A stretch of DNA of 64,000 nucleotides from Setoptus koraiensis. Taxonomy: Eukaryota > Animalia > Arthropoda. Each line of letters opens with the position of its first letter. Positions within the stretch are counted from its first letter, which is position 1. The translations under genes were made by a program, and so were the position numbers. Location of the stretch: contig CM106585.1 in NCBI GenBank assembly GCA_048013815.1, positions 22,816,001-22,880,000 of the forward strand. Direction: 5' to 3'. This document shows positions 20,995 to 31,503 of this stretch, in pieces. The notes under the pieces are model-generated. The model ran no database searches. It was not told the origin of the DNA and worked only from the letters and a program-made list of their open reading frames with translations.

Positions 20995-22020
20995 ACAAGT
21001 GATACTGATTCCGTCAGTATCTCGAGCGCTTAATTTTTTGGATAGACGAGTATCGTTGGAATATGGATGCGAGTTTGTGACACCATGTCAGAGATGGACA
21101 TCTATGCCTGTCAGACCAGAGTAGTCGGTCAACACGTTCAAATTCCTATCACGTTGTGATAGGAATTTGAAGAACTTGTATTTATTATGTCATCTTTACG
21201 GCTACTCTGATTCGACAGGCATAGATGTTCAACTCCGACATGTTATCACATACTCGCATCTATATTTGAACGATACTTGATCGCTATGATGCATCCGAAT
21301 TTTCATGCACTGTTTTATTTTCGAAAATCAGCCATAGTTTCCAAGTTTGTCAAGATAAAATTGCCAATTTTCGCACACTAGATAGCCATAGATAGACTGT
21401 TCGACAGTGCGAATTTAGTGGCTTTCGAATGAATTTTTCAATCTTTTTTTTTCTTGGAAACTTAAACAAAGAAATTGAGAGACTCAAATCTCCATAGGGT
21501 TAACATGTGTAATGTTTAGATACTTTAACATGGTAATCGAGAGACTCAAATCTCCATAGGGTTAACATGTGTAATGTTTAGATACTTTAACATCAATCAA
21601 CCAGTAATCAAATTGCTAAATTCATCTAGTTAGCATCTCAGCATTGAGCGTGCTAATCGCGTCTAGTAAGTGAACGCGCATAGCATTCTATGTGCTAAAT
21701 TCAACTAATCAACATTTTAAGCGTTGAGTGTTCTAAATTTATCTAGTTTGTTAGCGCTTAATTTTAATTAAGTTGCTATTGGTTTGGTGTTTATTGCTAA
21801 TCTATTCACGTGACAATGTAATCCTATGGAGGTTTGACTTGGACAAATTTGTGAGAATCCTCAAATTCTGCCTAACATAACACCTGTATTCCTATGGAGA
21901 TTCGACTTAATCTATTATCGCTTCACTCGAAAATATTTCGTATGCAATCCTATGGAGATTTGACCTAGTCGAATTTGTGAGGAGTTCGGTGGTGACAAAC
22001 CGAACTTCAAAATTGAAAAT
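20995..22020. mobile_element. Family A reverse copy (20,995-~21,750) abutting a forward 5' end at 21,753
   Basis: Reverse 3' end with subTIR at 21,025-21,037; 21,600-21,750 is the reverse complement of ~4850-4980; AGCGCTTAATTTTAATTAAG at 21,753. Confidence 0.7.
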
Positions 22021-22028
22021 TCATCATG

Positions 22029-23104
22029 GGTTGTTGTAGCGAATAGTGCCACACTCAAATTCTGATGAAACTTCCGGTATAGGTTCATCTTGACCTCAAT
22101 AGAACGAAAAAAGTGGTTCGGAAGTGCGGAAACTTCCTGTACTGGTTTTACGTCAAGTTAGTGCTAGAGGTCTGAAAATCACTATACTAGCGTTCCAAGA
22201 GACGCTGAACAAGATGACATAATTAACAGCTCGGTGCGACTTCTGGTTCTCGAGATATCGACATATTTATTGGTAAGGAAGACCGGAAGTTGACGAATTT
22301 CAGCTTCGCTGCACTCGGGGATGAACCTGTGATGGGTCAATTCTGCTTTTAATTAGTCCCTCCAAGAATTTCAAATATCCCAGGGCGAGAGCGTTAACGG
22401 GTGGTTGGCCCAGGTCTTCGCCTGGAACTAAGGGCGAACCTTGGCGGAACGCGCCCAGTGCGGCGCGTGCATCGATTGATGTTTGCCTGGGCATAGCGAC
22501 TGATAGAAATAGACTGATTCATTTCAAATGAATGAGTCTATTTCTGAGAACTCGGCCTGCGGCCTCGTAATTTGGAGGCCGTCACATCTCCGTCGTCGCT
22601 CCCGCGACGACTGCGTGCGACGGGAACCCTTCGGGTGGGGTTGATGAGCGCTTCGGGTATCGGGCTTCGCCCTCTACCCTCCGCTCACACGACTGCAGAC
22701 CATAGACGAGAGTAGGAGACAAGAAGAGAAGTTTGAAGCTTTGGAACATGATTCAAGCACAGAACTAGAGCTGTGCCATCTTGTGTGCCGACATGTCTGA
22801 TTCTCTCGGCACAAGTATTTCTTCGTGCGCGCGGATTTTTGGTCCCGGGCGGGATACCCGCGCGGTTTTTCCTGAATATCTCCGGAACGGAAGCCGCACA
22901 CACGTAAAACGAACTCCATTGTACTCAGAATATTTATATCCTGCAGCATATCAAGTTTCATGGCTCTAGCTTGAATTTTGTGTAAAACCGGAACCGGAAG
23001 TTTCCGCACTTTCGGACTAGCGAATCCGTTGTTTGGAAGCCCTGAGGGCCCCATGTGTGAAGTTTGGTGGAAATCTGAGTGTGGCACTATTTGCTACAAC
23101 ACCC
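22029..23104. mobile_element. Family B copy 4 (complete, with a ~210-bp internal insert)
   Basis: GGTTGTTGTAGCGAATAGTGCCACAC / GTGTGGCACTATTTGCTACAACACCC; perfect 8-bp TSD TCATCATG at 22,021-22,028 and 23,105-23,112; core 22,551-22,701. Confidence 0.92.
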
Positions 23105-23112
23105 TCATCATG

Positions 23113-23294
23113 GTTGTCGTAGTCTGATATACCAATATACCAAGTTTCAAGGCTGTAACTCAAAGATGAAGCTAAAACCGGAACCGGAAGTTTCTACACT
23201 TCCGGTTTAAAATATTTCTCGTCAGGAGCCTCCAAGACACTCACACCATGAGTTTCGTCGCGAACTGAGCTACGCCCAGTTCGCAAGAACACCC
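23113..23294. mobile_element. B2-type right arm (target of copy 4)
   Basis: Matches 14,060-14,239; ends TTCGCAAGAACACCC. Confidence 0.7.
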
Positions 23295-23596
23295 GAAATA
23301 TTTACCACCTGTAGTTTGGTCGGCAGCGAAGATCCATGGTGAGATCTTAGCCAACACGGCGAATCAAAAAACAATCATTGAATATGCCAAGTTGGGGAAG
23401 ATGGCCGCTGCAGAGCTAAGCGAGCTCACGGGCTATACGGAGATTGCGGAAATCAAGCCAGATGACACTCAACTAATATACATTAAAAGAGGTGAAGATG
23501 AAAACAGCCTTGTTCTCCGTTTTTCGGTCGGCCAAGACACTGATCCTGGACCGAACTGGATAGTTCTCGCTGGATTCCGTCTTTTGGTTGTGTTGA

Positions 23597-23649
23597 TGTA
23601 ATTTTCAAGCTGTTTATTCAATGAACTCCAGATACAAACTGACTCGCTC

Positions 23650-23686
<37 letters not shown>

Positions 23687-23747
23687 CGACGGCGCGAGCA
23701 AACTGAACTCACGAGCTCAGTTTGGGTAAGTATATTTCTCGGGGTCA
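23597..23747 (-). repeat. 3' LTR
   Basis: Near-identical to 26,808-26,963 except at the (TA)n/(GA)n tract and a few substitutions. Confidence 0.9.
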
Positions 23748-23749
23748 TA

Positions 23750-23763
23750 GTCCTTCCCCCCCA
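23750..23763 (-). promoter_or_regulatory. Polypurine tract
   Basis: The minus strand reads a G-run followed by AAGGAC, immediately upstream of the 3' LTR. Confidence 0.75.
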
Positions 23764-24207
23764 ACCAAACAACATTGTCCCGGGATAGGCAAGTCTGGCA
23801 GTATGGGTGGGTGGCTCCCGACAGGCAGGCCTCCTTGGGCATTCACCATTGCCCCTTGCACTGGTTGCATCGCCACCAGGCAATGGTGACTGGCGATGGA
23901 AAGTCGCCTATGTTGACGGGCAGCTCCACCCGGTTGTTGCATTTGCCACAACGGCGAACTCCGCTGGCGCTGGGCCGGCCTCTTCCAGGCTTGCAGCCTT
24001 CTGGGCACATAGGCCTTCCTTGAGGCATGTCCGTGTGTGTGTGTGTGTTAGTGGTGGTAGTAATAATAGTGGTAATGGTAGCGGTGGTGGTGCTGGCTGC
24101 TCGAATGAACTGAAGAGTACCAATGTTCAACGGCTTTCACAGCTGTATGCTCACTCTTAAGCGCATGCGCAGTCACTACTGGCGCGCCCTTTGAATGACT
24201 GTGTGTG

Positions 24208-24763
24208 TAGTGATCGGGGGAGCCTCCCCCTCCCCGACGGGGAGCGGGAGCGAGGTCAGCCAGCTCCCCCTCCCGCCCGGGAGGAGGGAGGCTCCCTCCT
24301 CCCCTTAGCTCCCCATGCTCCCCCTGCTCCCCCTAGCTCCCCTTCTGCTCCCCTAGCTCCCCCTAGCTCCCACTAGCTATCCCTTGCTCCCCCTAGCTCC
24401 CCCTAGCTCCCGCTAGCTATCCCTAGCACTACTGTATTAGTTCAAGAAAGGAACGCAAGGGGCGCTTTGAAAATGCCCCTTGCGTCTCTCTCTTGAACTA
24501 CGTTCCGATCGGGCTCCGATCCGCACGGGGAGCTAGCGGGAGCAAGGGGGAGCTAGCGGGAGCTAGGGGGAGCTAGGGGGAGCAAGGGGTAGCTAGCGAG
24601 AGCTAGGGGGAGCTAGGGGGAGCAAAAGGGGAGCTAGGGGGAGCATGGGGAGCTAGGGGGAGGAGGGAGCCTCCCTCCTCCCGGGCGGGAGGGGGAGCTG
24701 GCTCCCGGGCGGGAGCGGGGAGCAAAACGGGGAGCAAAATTTCAGTTGCTCCCCCGATCACTA
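24208..24763. mobile_element. hAT-type MITE, largely palindromic, nested in the LTR element
   Basis: 16-bp TIR TAGTGATCGGGGGAGC/GCTCCCCCGATCACTA; 8-bp TSD TGTGTGTG/TTTGTGTG (7/8); arms of GCTCCCCCTA / TAGGGGGAGC decamers. Confidence 0.85.
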
Positions 24764-24810
24764 TTTGTGTGCGTTTCGTTGCTTCGCGCGGAGTCAGTGC
24801 TACTGCAAAC

Positions 24811-25425
24811 TTATTTGCGCGCGACGCTTGAAACTTGGTAACTCTCATTTGACTTCTTCAGGAGGCTGGCGTGAATGTTGGTTGTAGGGCGATTCATCTG
24901 ATAATCGAATCTATCGATCTCATAGATGGTATCTGATACTCGGGCCAGTACCTTGAACGGTCCTTCGAACCGTGGTGCCAACTTGTGGTGGCTATGGGTC
25001 CACGCCGACTTGACATACACCTCGTCTCCAACTTCCCAGTTCGGTGCCTTCGCGGTCTCACGTTGTCTGTTGGCTTGCTGAACCCTCCTGTTACGGAAGT
25101 TGTCCATAGCTTGCTGAAGAGCGATGTGCACTGGTGGGTAGTTGAGATTGTTGTTTAGATATCTCGAGCTCATCCGTCCCGTGAGGAGGTAGCTTGGCGG
25201 ATACCCCGTTGTTGAGTGTGGGCTATTGTTGTATTGCTCAGTGACTTCGACCAGGAGCCTTATCCAGGACTTCCTGGGGTTCTCGTGCCGCGCGCACTTT
25301 AGCCGATTGATTATAGTCCTATTGGTTCGTTCACATAGTCCGTTGGCCTGAGGATGGTATGGGGTTGTGACCCGATGCTTGACTTGTTGTCCTTGTAGGA
25401 ATCTCGATAGTCGCTTACCGAAGTA
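24811..25425 (-). pseudogene. int: Gypsy integrase C-terminal core + GPF/Y region
   Basis: KHRVTTPYHPQANGLCERTNRTI...YNNSPHSTTGYPPSYLLTG...KLAPRFEGPFKV. Confidence 0.92.
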
Positions 25426-25429
25426 CGCG

Positions 25430-26730
25430 GGCTGATACAAGTGATCTCAGATCCAAGGTCGTACAGTACAGTGACTTCTTTGCCCTCTACTGTTGCTCGT
25501 AAGTGGATGAGTCTAGGTCGCTGTTGGCGTTTCCCTGGTCTTGCTCGGAAGACTCCCCAATGTTGACTCTTGCAGGAGTCTTGTTGGGGCATTCGCTGTG
25601 CCAGTGCATCATGTTAGGCTTGCCCTGTCTAGCGCAGATCTGGCAGGCTACATTCGGCGGTCTCCGTGCCGGCTTGCCAGCCTCGGTACGAATAGGCTCG
25701 GCTCTTGCGCCAGAGTTTGAAGCCCGAGCTGGGTTCCCAGACCTGTTGTAGGTGCCAGTCCTTTCCTGCTTGAAGCTGCTTTCAAGCTTGCGTGCTATAG
25801 CTATCCACTGGCTAGTAGTGGCTATGTTGCCAGAGGGTCGCCATAGCGGTCTTGTATCTCGCAGGTAGTCCTCTTGTTAAGCCAGAGATCCGGTTTCTGG
25901 TGCCTATTCCTGCGAGGTTTCCCAGATGTACTTTCCCCTGAAAGTAGGTCGAAACGTCGCTGTTAGCTTCTAACTTGAAGTCGATCCACTTCTCGCATGG
26001 GTCTTCTGCTGATTCGTCGAATCTGCTTAAGAAAGCCTCTCGAAATGAATGCCATTCGATATCGGAGAGCTCCATTGTGTCTAGGTGCGTGCTTGAGTAC
26101 CACCGGAGAGCGATACCGCCGAGGTGGAGGACTAATCCCTTAACCATTTCAAGCTCTGACCAGTCGAGCCACTCTGCGTGAGCCTCGTACGACTTGATCC
26201 AAGCTCGAGCCGTAAGATTGCCCTTCGGGCCGTCGTAGACTGGTCCCTTCTTGAAGATCGGTCTTCGTTCTGTGTGACTGTTGTAGGTGGGAGATGGGAG
26301 ATGGTGATCTTCATCTTTCACAAGCTTACCGGTAAGCCATTGGGCGCGTTGAATGACCGGATGATGATCTTGAGGTCGAGAAACCAGTGGACTGGTTGAC
26401 CATCGGACCAGCCGATTGTCCAGGAGTTGAGACAGTTGTTTGGGTCGCAGGCGTACCAGTCGGTTGGGTCGCGGGCTGGCCCGTTGGTTGAGCCGCAGGC
26501 TGACTAGTTGGTGTTGCGCTAGTGGATTGGCCGGAAGTGTGGGATCCAGATTCTGGAACCTCAGTTGAGTCCGGAATCGATTGACTTGGTGCCGTTTGGC
26601 CCGGCGCTGGAGCAGTAGGTGTACTCTCTGTGTCACCCATACGCGAACCTGATCGTCCTGATGTTGATCTTCTTCTTCTTGATTGCGACCCTCTTCTGCT
26701 CGTGGATCTTGACGTTCTTGCTGTTGGCAT
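25430..26730 (-). pseudogene. gag: gag (capsid + CCHC knuckle) and aspartic protease start, with frameshifts
   Basis: Capsid-like ARAWIKSYEAHAEWLDWSELEMVKGLVLHLGGIALRWY; knuckle CQICARQGKPNMMHWHSEC; protease LIHLRATVEGKEVTVLYDLGSEITCIS entered via G GGA AAC at 25,535-25,529. Confidence 0.85.
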
Positions 26731-26807
26731 TCTAGTTCAGAACTTGTGGTAAAGACTTGAGAGCGATTGGGATCTTCTCAAGTAGGTTTGTATCCTACTG
26801 GTTGAGA

Positions 26808-26963
26808 TGTAATTTTCAAGCTGTTTATTCAATGAACTCCAGATACAAACTGACTCGCTAGCACAAGCTAGCGAGTATAGAGAGAGAGAGAGAGAGAGAG
26901 AGCGACAGCGCGAGCAAACTGAGCTCACGAGCTCTGTTTGGGTAAGTATATTTCTCAGGGTCA
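26808..26963 (-). repeat. 5' LTR
   Basis: Direct repeat of 23,597-23,747. Confidence 0.9.
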
Positions 26964-26971
26964 TACATGTA

Positions 26972-27826
26972 GGTTGTTCTAGCGATTAGGTCCCAGCGCC
27001 GATTATGATGAAACTTCCGGTACAGGTTCATCTTGACCCAAAACCATCAGGAAAAGTGGTCCGGAAGTGCGGAAACTTCCGGTTCCGGTTTTACCTTAAG
27101 TTGCTTCTAGAGAGTTGAAACTCATCAGAATGACGTTCCAGATGACGATCAACACAATGACATAAGTTTTAGCTCTTTACCACTTCCGGTTCTCTGGTTA
27201 TAGCGATATCCCAAGAGTTGAGAGACCGGAAGTTGCCAAATTCATGCTTCGCTACACTCAGGGATGAGCCTGCAATTGTTCTTAGAACTCGGCCTTCGGC
27301 CTCGTATTCTGGAGGCCGTCACATCTCCGTCGTCGCTCCCGCGACGACTGCGTGCGACGGGAACCCTTCGGGTAGGGTTGATGAGCGCTTCGGGTATCGG
27401 GCTGCGCCCTCTACCCTCCGCTCACATGACTGCAATCCACCCACAAATGAAGGGGCGAATAAAAAATAAGGATGAGACAAGTAGGAACAACTGAATTACA
27501 TGCTAATACATGGTGTTGCGCAGTCTGTGCACAGTATGGGCCCGCTTGCCGCAACCGCACAGGCCCGGCCGCACCTCTAATTTCAGTTGAACCTTGATAT
27601 CTAGCAAACCGGAAGTGATACCGGATTGATTTAGATTCCATCGTGCTCCGCTGAAGGTCATCTACCTGATTCTCAATGTTCAGAGCTCTAGCTTAAACTT
27701 CATGTAAAACCGGAACCAGAAGTTTCCGCACTTCCGGACCACCTAATCCATGATGTGGGGCCCCTGCGGGGCCCGTGTGTCAAGTTTCGTGATGATCGGC
27801 GCTGGGACCTAATCGCAAGAACACCC
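26972..27826. mobile_element. Family B copy 5 (both ends present, no TSD)
   Basis: GGTTGTTCTAGCGATTAGGTCCCAGCGCCGAT / ATCGGCGCTGGGACCTAATCGCAAGAACACCC; core 27,288-27,438. Confidence 0.9.
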
Positions 27827-28888
27827 AAAATTGTCCGCCAGCGGTAGATCAACTCAATTTGTAGAGCTGCTGGTATAAAACGAGCGCTGCTTCAGAGTTT
27901 ACTATTCTATCACGATATCGATCCAGATTTCATCTGATTTTACTTGCAGATGTCCTGCTCTATTGGTACCAATAACGCGTCTTTATAGCAATCTCTATTA
28001 TTATCAGCTCTTGCACGCTCACAGTAACGATACCAGCACCGACTGTGTGGAGAATTTTTCGAAAAGGGTATGGGGACCCGTTTTGGTGTGGCACGAGCTT
28101 CCTGGAGCTTTGGTGCACTAGATGCCGACGAGAGTCCACCATTCTGTCATTTATTCTGTCATACATAATAACGGTAGTGATGTGTTTGTGTCCCGATAGA
28201 AGTCGCCACCTCAGCGGCCTCATTTTCAGCATGGCTTTAGATGTGCACCTCTCAGAGATAATATAGTGCGAGTGGATAAAATAAGTTAGCCAAAAGTTAG
28301 CGATGAGTCGAGATGTGCAGTTTATGGTGATGCGCATGATTGTGCATGCGCCCTAAACGAGGTCAGACACTTGGCCCAAGATGCCACAGTGATCTAATGT
28401 GATGTGATCCGATAAACACATTGGATTAGATCATTGATTTGATGAGAGGCCACGCTCAATTGAGCCAACAAATAGGAGCAGACCAACAGTGTTTGTTGAT
28501 CAGTGCATTCGTGTTATAATCATAAGAGAGTCAAGTGAGCGAGCGTTGATTTTGAGGCGACCGATGGCTACATGGAATCCCTTGCCGTGAGCCCTGAAAT
28601 TACTTCAGTCAGTGGTGAAAGTTAAGTTGGTCGGTTAAAAGTTAAAACAACAGTCGCTAGGTGCCATTCGAAGATAGAAATTCAGTTGAACAACTTGCAA
28701 CAACTGGCTCCAAGTCACTTCCGGGTAGAGGCTTATGTCCGACACGTGCTAATATAACATGCAGTGATTGTTCAATTATGCCTCAAGAATCAACAAAATT
28801 AAATAAATAAATAGCAATAGAAGAATATCAAACAAAGAATGAGCAACATGAAACATGAATATATATGAATGAATATACACAAATATAA

Positions 28889-29161
28889 ATGAATGATGCA
28901 AATCGAGCCAAAATGATGCTGGTGACATCGACATCAAGATCACCATTCATCAATATGATGATTTACTTGTTGTCATATCCATTTATAGTGCCTATATTAG
29001 TGATTTTAATAAAAAATACAACTTTATTGTCAGCAACAGAATGCCTAAATGGATTATGTAATTGCGTTTGGAAAGGTGGCAAATTTACAGCAGATTGTGC
29101 CGCTTTGAATCTCGTTCAATTGCCTTCTTCAGATTTGTTGCCGCCTCACGCCTCAAGCAAG
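28889..29161 (+). CDS. kek: Kekkon-like LRR protein, exon 1 (signal peptide + LRRNT); ATG at 28,889 or 28,955
   Basis: Hydrophobic leader, then CLNGLCNCVWKGGKFTADC (kekkon CxWKGGK motif); donor AAG|GTAATT, phase 0. Confidence 0.8.
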
Positions 29162-29425
29162 GTAATTTAATTCAATTCAATATCAATACTTATTAATCTG
29201 ATTGATCTATTTTCATATTTCAATATTTCAATTGGTCAATAAGTCAATTCTAACCCATCAATTCACTCAATGAAGTACTACCCAACCAAATACTAATGAT
29301 AGCTAAATATATTTATATTCACTTCTCGTGTCAACATTTCCAATATTTCTAACACTACAACCATTAATACCACCACAATGATTATTGCACAATTGAAACA
29401 AATAATTGCCAATTGTCATGATCAG

Positions 29426-29787
29426 TTAACTAAACAACAATTGTCAGCAAGTGATCAACACAGGGATATTCAATCGCTAAATATGACCAACAATCGCCTG
29501 GCTCACTTAAATAAATGGGCATTCTTTGAAACAAACTTCACCAATGTTCAAAAGATCTTTTTATCCAACAATCAATTGGAAAGTATCGAAGAGGGTGCCT
29601 TCTATCGTCTCATCGGTCTTGTTGAGCTAGATGTTAGCGCAAATCTGTTGACACAATTGCCAACCAATGTCACCTATACGCATTGTCTTCAACTGAGGAT
29701 ATTGAATTACTCCCACAACAAGTTAACTCAAGTGCCTTCAAAAGCATTCAACCCACTGTCTGAATTGCGCCAACTATCTCTAGCCTC
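29426..29787 (+). CDS. kek: Kekkon-like exon 2 (LRR1-LRR5 start); acceptor position approximate
   Basis: IQSLNMTNNRL, VQKIFLSNNQL, LVELDVSANLL, LRILNYSHNKL, LRQLSLAS; phase-0 AG at 29,424-29,425; donor TC|GTAAGT, phase 2. Confidence 0.85.
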
Positions 29788-31434
29788 GTAAGTACTAACT
29801 ATTAACTCGCCTAATCAACTAATTAATTATTAGTTGGTTCGCAAACGTCGATCGCAAGTTTGTTAGTCGTGTTTCTTAATACATTGCCATAGAGTAGAGA
29901 CTTTTTTGTTTTATCGGAATCAGTCAGCCGTGAATTCATAACTGAAATTAAATTCATGGTCTAATTGGTCGAATTGGTTTTTTTGATTTTTTTTTGTTTT
30001 TTCGATTTAAATCATGGTTTTTATGATTTTTGTGTGTGATCAGCTATCATTTTAATCATTGTACAATGTAAACCACTTGAACTAGGTTTGAATCAAATTT
30101 TTGAGATTTGACCATATTTTCATTGATTAAAACTGATTTCAATCGAATGATTTCGATGTCGCACTCTGTTATTCGTGCACACTGAACTATTGCATTTGTC
30201 CAGTTCTAGCTTAGATTTATCTACAATTTTATCAATTTCATCGAGCAGTTTACAATCTTGACATTTTATTTGCATCGTATCGCATCACAACCAGGTAGAG
30301 CCTTCGCTTGAAGTGTCGCTAGATTTGCTTAACACAGCATATTTGCCCGACAGAGTTTCAACCGATGTTGCGTCATTCGTTTGCCATTTGTTTGCCATTG
30401 TTGTTGGCTTCCAATAAGATTGCTCTGAGCAGCAAATATAAAAAGATATTATATATAGTTGTGATGAGTCAGCACCATATTTGCACGCATTATTACAATA
30501 GATATTAGTCGTCTTTTTTCCTAGCCTTCCCTTGTTATTAATTCTCTCCATCTTGCTTATATTATATATTATGTTCATTGGCGTATCGCAACGTACCGTA
30601 CGGTGGCAAACACAAAAAAAGAGAATACGAACACTCCGAAGCTCGAAAAAGAACACTCCGAAGTTGGATATTCGAAGGACAATAATTTTCACACTTGCAT
30701 TGTCTAGTTGTTGTATACTCCTCTATCTAGTTGCACTTGTAATAGTGCAAATATTCAGAGATGATGCAATTGAATTTTGTGAATAGAATAGTTGTTGTTG
30801 GTTCTATTCAATTTGGCTCGAACCGGTTCAGTTGAGAGTTAGTGCCTACCCTGAGAAGAATGAGACAAGCAAGAAAGAGAGTGATGAAAAATTACAGATT
30901 ACAGAGTGGGCCAAGCGAGAGAACAGCAAAAAACTGGCAGTTTCACTCAACTTGCACTTGTTAGACAGGAAGCCCCAGATATGGTTATGGGGCGCCTATC
31001 TTATGTGGTGGCCAGAAAAGAAGCTGACCACTGTGCTGACAATCAACCGATGTCGCCAATTTCAAGCATTCGTTTGGATAGAGCTCGGGGTACCTGGCGG
31101 CACCAACATTGTTAGACTTCCTAGTTGGCAGAAGGATTCTCTTTATTTATACTATGTCAGAGTGGATGTTTTATTATTTTTTTTATTATTATTATCTGCT
31201 TGTCGTCGACGCCTAACCTTGCACGTGAAAGGTTATTTTGCATAAGAATGATGATATATGTTATTCTATTTGTGAGAGAACTCGGCTGATTGCTCCACCA
31301 ATCCCAGTTATAATTATCTATTAGCCATACTATTTCTGGCTTTGTGCGTATTCAACTAACAGTTATTTTATTTACGATTGCCCCCCTTTCATCCCAATCA
31401 AATATGACATTCAAACCAATGTACCGGAACCCAG

Positions 31435-31503
31435 GAACCAAATCGAACATATTCACGGGTCAGCATTCCATGGACTGAATCAACTAAATGTACTTTATCT
31501 AGA
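31435..31503 (+). CDS. kek: Kekkon-like exon 3 (69 nt, phase 2-2)
   Basis: CCAG|G AAC CAA ATC GAA...CTA GA|GTAAGT gives (S)NQIEHIHGSAFHGLNQLNVLYL(D), completing LRR5 and starting LRR6. Confidence 0.9.

Larger units (their letters stand above)
23597..26963 (-). mobile_element. Ty3/gypsy LTR retrotransposon, internally deleted (no RT/RNase H)
   Basis: LTRs at 23,597-23,747 and 26,808-26,963 (TG...CA, AATAAA); polypurine tract next to the 3' LTR; gag, protease and integrase remnants. No canonical TGG PBS or TSD seen. Confidence 0.9.

Noticed and set aside
26780-26807. Primer-binding site of the LTR element
   Set aside because: No TGG-initiated tRNA-complementary sequence follows the 5' LTR; left uncalled.
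27900-28340. Minus-strand remnants resembling a Mutator-like transposase (PHSRCWYRYCERARA...) or a kinase/WD start (LSGHKHI)
   Set aside because: Matches are short, mutually inconsistent and in broken frames; not supportable without a profile search.
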